Assembly: GCA_950097015.1 (NCBI GenBank)
Contig: CATNEN010000038.1
Location: 1,302,001-1,366,000 of the forward strand
DNA length: 64,000 nucleotides
Source of the DNA: Macrostomum hystrix
Taxonomy: Eukaryota; Animalia; Platyhelminthes
Direction of reading: 5' to 3'
The notes below the pieces were generated by a model. That model saw nothing but the letters and a program-made list of their open reading frames with translations. It searched no databases and was not told the origin of the DNA. Both the position numbers and the translations under genes were made by a program. Shown here piece after piece: positions 52,601 through 64,000 of the stretch. Within the stretch, counting starts at the first letter, position 1. Each line of letters begins with the position of its first letter.

Positions 52601-55600
52601 CGCCGACTGACAGAGCTTGTCAAAGCAAAGTTGGCAGCGGTAGTGGCAAGCATCACAGTTTCCGTTCCTGGGGTCATTCCACTTTTGGAAAGTCCAGCAA
52701 GCAGCAGCAGCAACAGCATGCTCAGTCAGCTGGTTATTCGAGGCGCGGCTTCTTTGGAGGCCTGCACAGCTCGCTGCGATTTGCTTCTAGAAGCGCGCCA
52801 GACCTGCCCGAGAAGTGCCCGCCGCCTGGCGAAAGTGGCGCCAACGCCAGTCGTCTCTGGAATCTCAAACGAAGCAGGCATGGTGAGAAATTCTTCTTTT
52901 AGAAGATGCTGCAACTTTGTCTAACATTTATAAGATATGAGAGAATGTCAGATCTCAGAGGCACATCCGAGGTGATAATAGATTGCTGAAAGAGCTACAG
53001 ATCGATTAAGAAAGGAGCCACTGATCGATTGATAAAAGAGCCACTGATCGATTGATAAGGTAGCTACTGATCGGTTGATAAGGGAGCTACTGATCGATTG
53101 ATAAGGTAGCTACTGATCGGTTGATAAGGGAGCTACTGATCGATTGATAAGGGAGCTACTGATCGATTGATAAGGAGCTACTGATCGATTGATGAGGGAG
53201 CTACTGATCGATTGATAAGGGGACTACTGTTCGGTTGATAAGGAAGCTACTGTTCGGTTGATAAGGGAGCTACTGATCGATTGATAAGGGAGCTACTGAT
53301 CGATTGATAAAGGAGCTACTAATCGGTTGATAAGGGAGCTACTGATCGATTGATAAAGGAGCTACTGATCGATTGATGAGGGAGCTACTGATCGATTGAT
53401 GAGGGAGCTACTGATCGATTGATGAGGGAGCTACTGATCGGTTGATAAGGGAGCTACTGATCGATTGATAAGGGAGCTACTGATCGATTGATAAAGGAGC
53501 TACTAATCGGTTGATAAGGGAGCTACTGATCGATTGATAAAGGAGCTACTGATCGATTGATGAGGGAGCTACTGATCGATTGATGAGGGAGCTACTGATC
53601 GATTGATGAGGGAGCTACTGATCGGTTGATAAGGGAGCTACTGATCGATTGATAAGGGAGCCACTGATCGATTGATAAGGTAGCTACTGATCGGTTGATA
53701 AGGGAGCTACTGATCGATTGATAAGGAGCTACTGATCGATTGATGAGGGAGCTACTGATCGATTGATGAGGGAGCTACTGATCGATTGATAAGGGAGCTA
53801 CTGTTCGGTTGATAAGGAAGCTACTGTTCGGTTGATAAGGGAGCTACTGATCGATTGATAAGGGAGCTACTGATCGATTGATAAAGGAGCTACTAATCGG
53901 TTGATAAGGGAGCTACTGATCGATTGATAAAGGAGCTACTGATCGATTGATGAGGGAGCTACTGATCGATTGATGAGGGAGCTACTGATCGATTGATGAG
54001 GGAGCTACTGATCGGTTGATAAGGGAGCTACTGATCGATTGATAAGGGAGCTACTGATCGATTGATAAAGGAGCTACTGATCGATTGATGAGGGAGCTAC
54101 TGATCGGTTGATAAGGGAGCTACTGTTCGATTGATAAGAGAGCTACTGATCGATTGATAACGGAGCTACTGATCGATTTATGAAGCAGCTATTGATCGAT
54201 TGATAAGGGAGCTACTGATCGGTTGATAAGGGAGCTACTGATCTATTGATAACGGAGCTACTGATCGGTTGATAACGGAGCTACTGATCGGTTGCTAAAG
54301 GAGCCACTGATCGATTGATAAGGTAGCTACTGTTCTATTGATGAGGGAGCTACTGATCGATTGATGAGGGAGCTACTGATCGGTTGATAAGGGAGCTACT
54401 GATCGATTGATAAGGTAGCTACTGATCGGTTGATAAGGGAGCTACTGTTCGGTTGATAAGGGAGCTACTGTTCGGTTGATAAGGGAGCTACTGATCGGTT
54501 GATAAGGGAGCTACTGATCGATTGATAAGGTAGCTACTGATCGGTTGATAAGGGAGCTACTGTTCGGTTGATAAGGGAGCTACTGTTCGGTTGATAAAGG
54601 AGCTACTGATTGATTGATAAGGAAGCTACTGATCGATTGATAAGGGAGCTCCTGATCGATTTGTGAAGCAGCTATTGATCGATTGATTACTTGCTCTATT
54701 GACTTTTTTAACGATCTTGCAAATGAAATCTTGTTTTTTAAATGTGCGAATCAAAGCCAATTAGCTAGTTGATTTAGATTCTTGCAGATATTATCAGTAA
54801 TGCATGAGATTTGATGTGCAGCTGTGATTTAAGAAATTTTCTGTGTGTTTCTTCTCATTTGACTTCTAATTACTTTATGACCCTATTCAATAAGTACACT
54901 TCTATGTACTCTGTGAACACATTCCATTGTTATTCTAGTCTTTTGTTATTTTTGGTATATTTTATGGTTGTTGTTTTTGTGCGTTTGAGTTTTATAATAG
55001 TTTTTGTTTTACTGCATTCTCATTTTTAGCAGTTTTGAAACACTTCTTTTATTGTTATTCACCCAACTGATCCAGCTGTTCTATAAGGCCATTCACCCAC
55101 CTGATCCAGCTGTTCTGTAAGGCCATTCACCCACCTGATCCAGCTGTTCTATAAGGCGATTCACCCACCTGATCCAGCTGTTCTGTAAGGCCATTCACCC
55201 ACCTGATCCAGCTGTTCTGTAAGGCCATTCACCCACCTGATCCAGCTGTTCTGTAAGGCCATTCACCCACCTGATCCAGCTGTTCTGTAAGGCCATTCAC
55301 CCACCTGATCCAGATGTTCTATAAGGCCATTCACCCAACTGATCCAGCTGTTCTATAAGGCCATTCACCCAACTGATCCAGCTGTTCTATAGGGCCATTC
55401 ACCCAACTGATCCAGCTGTTCTATAAGGCCATTCACCCACCTTATCCAGATGTTCTATAAGGCGATTCACCCACCTTATCCAGATGTTCTATAAGGCCAT
55501 TCACCCACCTGATCCAGCTGTTCTGTAAGGCCATTCACCCACCTGATCCAGCTGTTCTGTAAGGCGATTCACCCACCTTATCCAGATGTTCTATAAGGCC

Positions 55601-58600
55601 ATTCACCCACCTGATCCAGCTGTTCTATAAGGCCATTCACCCACCTGATCCAGATGTTCTATAAGGCCATTCACCCAACTGATCCAGCTGTTCTATAAGG
55701 CCATTCACCCAACTGATCCAGCTGTTCTATAAGGCCATTCACCCACCTGATCCAGCTGTTCTATAAGGCCATTCACCCACCTGATCCAGCTGTTCTATAA
55801 GGCCATTCACCCACCTGATCCAGCTGTTCTATAAGGCCATTCACCCACCTGATCCAGCTGTTCTATAAGGCCATTCACCCACCTGATCCAGATGTTCTAT
55901 AAGGCCATTCACCCACCTGATCCAGCTGTTCTATAAGGCCATTCACCCACCTGATCCAGCTGTTCTATAATGCCATTCACCCACCTGATCCAGCTGTTCT
56001 ATAAGGCCATTCACCCACCTGATCCAGATGTTCTATAAGGCCATTCACCCAACTCATCCAGCTGTTCTATAAGGCCATTCACCCACCTTATCCAGCTGTT
56101 CTATAAGGCCATTCACCCACCTGATCCAGCTGTTCTATAAGGCCATTCACCCACCTTATCCAGCTGTTCTATAAGGCCATTCACCCACCTTATCCAGCTG
56201 TTTTATAAGGCCATTCACCCACCTGATCCAGCTGTTCTATAAGGCCATTCACCCACCTGATCCAGATGTTCTATAAGGCCATTCACCCACCTTATCCAGC
56301 TGTTCTATAAGGCCATTCACCCACCTGATCCAGCTGTTCTATAAGGCCATTCACCCACCTGATCCAGCTGTTCTATAAGGCCATTCACCCACCTGATCCA
56401 GCTGTTCTATAAGGCCATTCACCCACCTTATCCAGCTGTTCTATAAGGCCATTCACCCACCTTATCCAGCTGTTCTATAAGGCCATTCACCCACCTGATC
56501 CAGCTGTTCTATAAGGCCATTCACCCACCTTATCCAGCTGTTTTATAAGGCCATTCACCCACCTGATCCAGCTGTTCTATAAGGCCATTCACCCACTAGT
56601 TTCGCTCAAACTCGTGTAGTCCAGCTCATGGCACAATGCCCCACCGTGTCTCCTGTGTTAGCCTCTGTCCGATCTCCAGCCGTGCTGCAGCTGCCGTTGC
56701 CGCTGTGCTCCGGGCTAGCGGCCGCCGCCTTGTCGTCGACTTCCGGCAGTCGCCGTGGCGGGCCTCGCCGAACATCATCGGTTAGAGGCGCGGCCTCGGT
56801 CCCTGTCACCCCAGACTCCGGCCTTTGTCCGGCCTGTCACTTCTCGTCCCATGGTAAACCTGATTCTGGAAATTGTTGGACACCAAGTCGTTATTGGATG
56901 GTCATTGTTAGAGCTTTGGTGTCACATTCCTTTTTCGCTGGCTGATAGGGTCGCATAGCTTTCTTTGTTTGTGCTGCCTTTAATTGCTGCTTCTTGAAGA
57001 AAGCTGATCCTTTTGCTTGCAATTCCATTTTATCTCTTAATTTCGTTGTTTCGCTGCTAATTCGAGGACAAGTTGGATAGTCTGAGGATCATTTGGATAA
57101 TCTGAGGATCATTTGGATAATCCGAGGATCATTTGGATAATCCGAGGATCATTTGGATAATCCGAGGATCATTTGGATAATCCGAGGATCATTTGGATAA
57201 TCCGAGGATCATTTGGATAATCCGAGGATCATTTGGATAATCCGAGGATCATTTGGATAATCCAAGGATCAGTTGGATAATCCGAGGATCATTTGGATAA
57301 TCCGAGGATCATTTAGATAATCCGAGGATCATTTGGATAATCCAAGGATCAGTTGGATAATCTGAGGATCAGTTGGATAATCCGAGGATCATTTGGATAA
57401 TCCGAGGATCAGTTGGATAATCTGAGGATCAGTTGGATAATCTGAGGATCATTTGGATAATCCGAGGATCATTTAGATAATCCGAGGATCATTTGGATAA
57501 TCCAAGGATCAGTTGGATAATCTGAGGATCAGTTGGATAATCCGAGGATCATTTGGATAATCCGAGGATCAGTTGGATAATCTGAGGATCAGTTGGATAA
57601 TCCGAGGATCATTTGGATAATCTGAAGACAAGTTGGATAATCCGAGGACCAGTTGCATTGGGTTGCAGCCAATCTGAGGACCAGTTGCATTGAGTTGCAG
57701 CCAATCTGAGGACCAGTTGCATTGGGTTGCAGCCAATCTGAGGACCAGTTGCATTGGGTTGCAGCCAATCTGAGGACCAGTTGCATTGAGTTGCAGCCAA
57801 TCTGAGGACCAGTTGCATTGGGTTGCAGCTAATCTGAGGACCAGTTGCATTGGGTTGCAGCCAATCTGAGGACCAGTTGCATTGAGTTGCAGCTAATCTG
57901 AGGACCAGTTGCATTGGGTTGCAGCCAATCTGATGACTAAATCTAAACTAAGTCTATGTGTATTTAGTAGTTAACTAGGCACCTTTACTTTATATTGATG
58001 TTGTGCTAAGAAATATTTTCGCTGCTAAGCAGTTTCTGTTGTCAGCTAGTCAAAGTTGTCAGCTGGTCCACTGGAACTCATGGAAACTAAGGCGCTACTG
58101 TTATGCCAGGTATTCAGTTAGAAATGCGAATGCCGCCATAATTCTCCTTGACTTGCTAATCTATCACATAATATTTTACGCATAGGATTAGGTCGGGATC
58201 GTTAATCTTGTCGGAGTGACTGACGCGCCTAAAGAAAATATCCGACTTGCTTGCCAAGCAATGGCTAACAAACGAAAATAGCAAAGCCTAGTCACTGGCC
58301 TGAGATTATTTCCGTTTTTTAGTTAGATTTAGATTAGTGCGTTAGCATTGAAAGCGGCTATATTGCCAATGACGCTTTTTCGACTGCTAGCCCACTCGCG
58401 CAGCTAGATTTATTCAGATATTGTTTACTGGAGCCTAACGCCATTGTTACGACTTTTATGCCTGCCCTAATTGTATTTTTTAAAGCCCATTATCACCATT
58501 TTGCCTCGCTGTGACAAGGTCAAAATAGATCCTGTGTTAATAGCTGGCTGAAAGTTACAGACTCGCTTAATCTAATAGACAGGCTGACAGAATCTAAGAG

Positions 58601-60329
58601 ACAGGCTGACAGAATCTAACAGACAGGCTGACAGAATCTAACAGACAGGCTGACAGAATCTAAGAGACAGGCTGACAGAATCTAACAGACAGGCTGACAG
58701 ACTCTAACAGATAGGCTGACAGAATCTAACAGACAGGCTGACAGAATCTAACAGACAGGCTGACAGAATCTAAGAGACAGGCTGACGGAATCTAAGAGAC
58801 AGGCTGACAGAATCTAACAGACAGGCTGACAGACTCTAACAGATAGGCTGACAGAATCTAACAGACAGGCTGACAGAATCTAACAGACAGGCTGACAGAA
58901 TCTAACAGACAGGCTGTCAGAATCTAAGAGACAGGCTGACAGAATCTAACAGACAGGCTGTCAGACTCTAACAGATAGGCTGACAGAATCTAACAGACAG
59001 GCTGTCAGAATCTAACAGACAGGCTGACAGAATCTAACAGACAGGCTGACAGAATCTAACAGACAGGCTGACAGACTCTAACAGACAGGCTGACAGAATC
59101 TAAGAGACAGGCTGACAGAATCTAAGAGACAGGCTGACAGAATCTAACAGACAGGCTGACAGAATCTAACAGATAGGCTGACAGAATCTAAGAGACAGGC
59201 TGACAGAATCTAACAGACAGGCTGACAGAATCTAACAGACAGGCTGACAGACTCTAACAGATAGGCTGACAGAATCTAAGAGACAGGCTGACAGAATCTA
59301 AGAGACAGGCTGACAGAATCTAACAGACAGGCTGTCAGACTCTAACAGATAGGCTGACAGAATCTAACAGACAGGCTGTCAGAATCTAACAGACAGGATG
59401 ACAGAATCTAACAGACAGGATGACAGACAAACTGGCAGGCTGACAGACAAACAGGCAGTCTGACAGACAAACAGACAGTTGACAGACAGGCTGTTCCACC
59501 CATTCCTCCCCCTTTAGACGGCGTTGGCTCGCGGCGCCCGCCCCTGTCTCTGTTGGCTCGTCTCCGTGAGGCCCTCGCCCGCCGCCCGGCCGCCCGCTGC
59601 CGCCTCCCCGCCTGGGCGGCGCCGGCAGTTCTGCTGGCCGCTCCGGTTCTGCACGCCGACATCCGGCTAGCCTGCCTGCCGCCGGATCTTCGCAAGCTGC
59701 AATCCGCCGACGAAGCTGCGGCTGTCGGCGATGTCGGTGTCGTAGATGCAGCGCCGTCAGCTTCCTCGCACCAGCACCCGCCGCCAGCTCTGGTATCAGC
59801 GTCTGCCTCTTCCTCGTTGCCAAGGAGATTTCGGGCTCAAAGCACCGACTCGGAATCGCAGCAACGGCAGCAGCCGGCTCGTCACGTGACATTCGGCGAC
59901 GAGCCAGATTATTCCGTTGGTCACAGCTTTCTGCGACCTCCGCCTAGACAAAAGCGGCTCAGCTGCGGCAGCGTCGACGAGGACTGCGGCGGCGTCGATA
60001 GCATCGGTGGCGGGTGCGCGGTGGCGGCAGCGGACATTTTGGAACGGCCTTCGCAGCTGGATCTTCTAGTACGGCGAAGGCAAGCCGAAGCTGCCGCAGC
60101 CGCAGCAGCAGCAGCGGCAGCAGCAGCCGTCTCTGTCGCTGATGCGGTTTCTTCCAGCGAGTCTTCAGCAGATCATTGTTGCGAGCATCGCCAACGGCAG
60201 CGTCAGCAGCAACCGCAATCGACGCCGTCGGATTCAACTGGCTACGGCTCTGCGGTTGGCACCACGCCAACTCATCTAGACGAGGATGCCGCTGCTGAGG
60301 TTGATAGCGACTGCGGGACTTCCGTTTGA
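48484..60329 (+). CDS. Mixed-lineage kinase (MAP3K9/10/11, Slipper-like): SH3, kinase, leucine zipper, CRIB; about 1120 aa
   Basis: Phase-compatible exons 48484-49333, 50994-51571, 51921-52443, 52517-52882, 56620-56853 (less certain) and 59518-60329. GSGGFAEV, VAVK, HRDLKSSN, DFG, DVWSYGVVLWELLTGEVPY, zipper DWRQQVKAAFDQLRDKEREL, CRIB ISQPTDVKHLFHV. Confidence 0.9.
49430..50025. repeat. 31-bp intronic minisatellite (GATTTCATAATCCCTAGATTCCATATCGTGG)
   Basis: Direct periodicity in MLK intron 1. Confidence 0.93.
50560..50775. repeat. degenerate ~33-bp tandem repeat
   Basis: Repeated CCCATCTTCAGAATATCCCCTTTTTGTAGACT-like units. Confidence 0.7.
53010..54685. repeat. 23-bp intronic minisatellite (GAGCTACTGATCGATTGATAAGG)
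   Basis: Direct periodicity in MLK intron 4. Confidence 0.97.
55055..56596. repeat. 34-bp intronic minisatellite (CCATTCACCCACCTGATCCAGCTGTTCTATAAGG)
   Basis: Direct periodicity. Confidence 0.97.
57065..57935. repeat. compound array: 20-bp unit (TCCGAGGATCATTTGGATAA) switching to a related 32-bp unit (GAGGACCAGTTGCATTGGGTTGCAGCCAATCT)
   Basis: Period changes near 57645; both units share AATCYGAGGAYCA. Confidence 0.95.
58575..59420. repeat. 22-bp intronic minisatellite (AGACAGGCTGACAGAATCTAAC)
   Basis: Direct periodicity before the last MLK exon. Confidence 0.96.
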
Positions 60330-60559
60330 TAGCTGGCTATTCTTATTTGGATTGAGATTTTGCAGAATATCGTTAACTGAATTGCTTGCTGTGCAATGCC
60401 GGTCCTTGTTGTTGACAGCTCTTAGGAGAAAGATATTATATCCTAAATGTCAGATGTTTATCACTTCTCTGGCATGGAATCTCCCATTATTATTATAGGA
60501 ATCTCAATTTATAAACAAAGAAATACAGCTTACTGTAAAGGAATCTTGGATTAAGTATT

Positions 60560-61660
60560 TACCTTAGACTACAGGAATCTACCATAGACTATAGGAATTT
60601 ACCATAGACTATTGGTATAAACCATATACTATATGAATCTTCCATAGACTATAGGAATTTACCATAGACTACGGGAATCTAAATGGACTATAAGAATCTA
60701 CCATAGACTATTGGAATCTACCATAGACTATTGGTATAAACCATATACTATATGAATCTTCCATAGACTATAGGAATCTACCATTCGCTTATTTGAATAC
60801 TTGGTTACTATCATGCCGGCCAAAAATCGCAGCTGTGAGAAGTGGCTCAACTTGCTTCTAAAAGTGCACCAGCTATTCTGTGTTTTTTGCGTTTCACACT
60901 GTCCACTCAGCATTTTTCTTTCTTATCCTTACATGTTCTTTTAAACTGTAAAAATTCAGCAATTTCTATATTAATAACGCGAGCAATCTTAGTTTTGCTT
61001 TTCTGTTAATATAAGTTCGAGCATTGTTTAAATGTTGATTCTATTATTCACACCCTCTAGTCCGTTTATTTGTTAGTTGCCTAGGTCGGCAGACTGGCAA
61101 AATTATAACCGCTACTTTATTATCATGCCTTGCGCTAATACTGCTGCAGTAAAATGGCGTTGGTTTTGAATAAGTTAAAATCAATCAGATTTTTTATAAA
61201 TAGACAATTGCTTTATTTACATTGCTTCATTTTCAACTGGGCTTGATAACCCCAGTAGGTGTGTTGGCTATTCTACCCATAGATTCTGTTTGAATCTACC
61301 ATAGACTAGGACAATCTACTATGGCTATAAGACTATATGAGCATCTATCAGGCTTTATTAGAATCTTACCATAGACTATACGAGCATTTACCATGGACTG
61401 TGTTGGAATCTACCATAGACTGACTATACGAGAATCTACCATAGACTGTATGACTATGAGAATTAGCCATAGACTGTTTGAGAATTAACCATAGACTGTA
61501 TGAGAATTAACCATAGACTATGAGAATTAACCATAGACTGTTTGAGAATTAACCATAGACTGTTTGAGAATTAACCATAGACTGTATGAGAATTAACCAT
61601 AGACTGTTTGAGAATTAACCATAGACTGTATGAGAATCTACTAGAAGACTATAGGAAAAT
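60560..61660. repeat. two patches (60560-60785, 61270-61660) of a 20-22-bp ACCATAGACT repeat
   Basis: Repeated ACCATAGACTATAGGAATCT / ACCATAGACTGTATGAGAATTA units. Confidence 0.85.
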
Positions 61661-62299
61661 CTATTTCATATGAATCTACCATAAATCTATCATAATCTAT
61701 TTCATAATATACGAATGTAAGATGTAAGTCAGAATTTACCATAGATCGAGTAGTCTTGTTTCATCTTGTTAACTAGCAAATGACTTTGAAAATATAATTT
61801 ATTTAATAATCTACCTGTGTGTTGTGATGCACTGTAAAAGTAGATTAAAGACCTTAGTAGTTGAGCCACCCCTAGTTCATATTGTCGCCATAAAACACTT
61901 CCGGGCCCGAAGTTTGTTCGGCTTCAACTTTTGCGAGGCTAAAGTACAATGAAGCCATTGACTTTGTTTTCATATTAAATTGTGAAGACCCGTGCATTTC
62001 TTTGATATTTCTTCTTATTAATATTAATTCCTTGATATAATTATGGCTGAGCTGTAAACCAATAAGTTTACAGTTATCAATTGTAATATACGTCCTATCT
62101 CTAAGTATGCTTGAATTTTTAATGGTATGTAAAATTATAACAAATTAAAGCTATGAATTATAACTTAATTAAGCAAGCCTAATATAGACTACCATTTGAA
62201 GGACTTCACATTTTACGAGAAAGAAAATTGACTGCAGATCATATGCTTATTGCTATGGACTCATTTTGCAAATCGTTTGCGGTAGGGATTGCTTAAACA

Positions 62300-62915
62300 T
62301 ATCGATATGGAGCTGGTTGGGGGTATTGGCGGTAGATCAAAGGGACTGCATAAACAGATCGATCAGGGGTTGGTGGGGTTTTGGCGGTAGATCAAAGGGA
62401 CTACATAAACAGATCGATATGGAGCTGGTTGGGGGTATTGGCGGTAGATCAAAGGGACTACATAAACAGATCGATATGGAGCTGGTTGGGGATATTGGCG
62501 GTAGATCAAAGGGACTACATAAACAGATCGATATGGAGCTGGTTGGGGGTATTGGCGGTAGATCAAAGGGACTGCATAAACAGATCGATATGGAGCTGGT
62601 TGGGGGTATTGGCGGTAGATCAAAGGGACTACATAAACAGATCGATATGGAGCTGGTTGGGGGTATTGGCGGGGTAGATCAAAGGGACTACATAAACAGA
62701 TCGATATGGAGCTGGTTGGGGGTATTGGCGGGGTAGATCAAAGGGACTACATAAACAGATCGATATGGAGCTGGTTGGGGGTATTGGCGGTAGATCAAAG
62801 GGACTACATAAACAGATCGATATGGAGCTGGTTGGGGGTATTGGCGGTAGATCAAAGGGACTACATAAACAGATCGATATGGAGCTGGTTGGGGGTATTG
62901 GCGGTAGATCAAAGG
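62300..62915. repeat. 57-bp minisatellite (GATCGATATGGAGCTGGTTGGGGGTATTGGCGGTAGATCAAAGGGACTACATAAACA)
   Basis: Direct periodicity, about 10 copies. Confidence 0.95.
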
Positions 62916-62954
62916 GTGGTTTCACATTTTTAATTGGATTAGGTTTGATAAATA

Positions 62955-63175
62955 ATATTTCCTGACTCCTGAACGCACGCACACAGAGACACCGTAAGCA
63001 GGCACCCACACAGGTGTGTACATCTTCTCTGGCTTTCTCATCGTCAGTCGATCAGTGTACACTTAAACTTTTTAAATACATAACAAGCCCCCAAAGCCAA
63101 GTAAATGTGGCCTCGCCGCGGAATCGAGCTCAGGGACCTTGGTGCGAGAGGCAAACAGCTTAAACTGCTCTGCTT
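62955..63175 (-). mobile_element. degenerate SINE-like element
   Basis: tRNA-like head (B-box-like GCTCGATTCC on the minus strand near 63120) and a body homologous to 35465-35660. Confidence 0.5.
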
Positions 63176-63223
63176 CTAAAATAGACTAATTTAGGATCTG
63201 GGGTGGTAGATCAAATGGGCCTC

Positions 63224-64000
63224 TCAAATCTCAGTCTCCAGCAGCTCCAGGTCAGGCGGCAGTTCACAAACCGACTCCAACAGCTCAGCAGTTGGCAGCT
63301 GACGCCGTTTTGCTGCATTCTGAACTGCCGCAGCAGCCGCCGCCGCTGCAGTCGCTCCCGTAGAAGAGGCCGAAGTTGATCTTCGCTGCAGCAGTGATCG
63401 GAACTCGGACCTGAAGTTCTCGTTCAGCAGTCCGTAGAGCAGGGGATTGACGCAGGCGCTGATGAGCACGCAGAGCAGGCAGACGGACTGAGCTGCGGGC
63501 ACCGAGAACTCAACCCGGGCTGAGCGCAGTTCGCGCATCTCGTCCAGAAAATCGGACATTGCGTGCCGATGCTGCTGCTGCTGCTGATGCTGCTGGTGTG
63601 CAAGACCCGCTAGCCAGAGCTTGGCATCAGTGGCCAAGTTAAGCGAGCTCAGTGGCAGCCAGGAGACGCCGAAGAGCAGCGCGACCCCGCCCAGCAGGAG
63701 GTTCGCCCGGCGCTGGCGTCGCCGCTCAGCGAGCTGTCGCCTGGACGGGCGTCGCCTTAGACGCCGGCGAATGCGCCGATAGACGCAGAGCAGAACAGCC
63801 AGCGGCAGGGCGTACTGGACCCCGATGGTGGTGGCGCTGTACACCAGCTTCACGGCTCGCTCGGTCTGGTTCAGCGAGCGCTCCACGCATGCTAGACCGT
63901 CGCCATGGCTACCGCTGTCTCGGGCCATGGGATCGCGAGCCAAAGCTCCCAGCCAGAGCAGCGGGCTGGACATGAGGCAGGCCGTCAGCCACGTCAGCGG
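63224..64000 (-). CDS. Rhodopsin-class neuropeptide GPCR (NPY/NPF-receptor-like), TM4 to C-terminus; 5' part beyond the window end
   Basis: TM5 VQYALPLAVLLCVYRRI, TM6 LFGVSWLPL, TM7 SACVNPLLYGLLNENFRSEF; stop at 63224-63226. Confidence 0.88.
   Translation of the reverse strand, partial: PLTWLTACLMSSPLLWLGALARDPMARDSGSHGDGLACVERSLNQTERAVKLVYSATTIGVQYALPLAVLLCVYRRIRRRLRRRPSRRQLAERRRQRRANLLLGGVALLFGVSWLPLSSLNLATDAKLWLAGLAHQQHQQQQQHRHAMSDFLDEMRELRSARVEFSVPAAQSVCLLCVLISACVNPLLYGLLNENFRSEFRSLLQRRSTSASSTGATAAAAAAAAVQNAAKRRQLPTAELLESVCELPPDLELLETEI

Overview
Eukaryotic, intron-rich animal genomic DNA. AT-rich intergenic DNA, GC-rich exons with poly-Ala/Gln tracts and a different minisatellite in most larger introns suggest the flatworm Macrostomum lignano (inference, not verified). 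Genes reconstructed by hand from GT-AG junctions: 3' part of a Goliath/RNF130-type RING-H2 ligase (+), a 2xBIR-RING IAP (-), an RBM22/Cwc2 that lacks its RRM (-), RBBP4/7 (+), two head-to-head tetraspanin paralogues, a catalytically dead ornithine decarboxylase homologue (antizyme-inhibitor-like, +), an MLK-type MAP3K (+) and the 3' part of an NPY/NPF-like GPCR (-). Also present are LINE, SINE and Mutator remnants and about 25 tandem arrays. The best finding is not represented as a unit in the ORF track: the 5' leader of the dead-ODC gene holds a spliced, AUU-initiated 54-codon upstream ORF (ITRKKRKR...RIPPWDPDPFKHSACY*; 40200-40253 joined to 41746-41856). It has the hallmarks of the polyamine/eIF5A-sensing uCC of antizyme inhibitor, implying a polyamine feedback circuit built on a pseudoenzyme.
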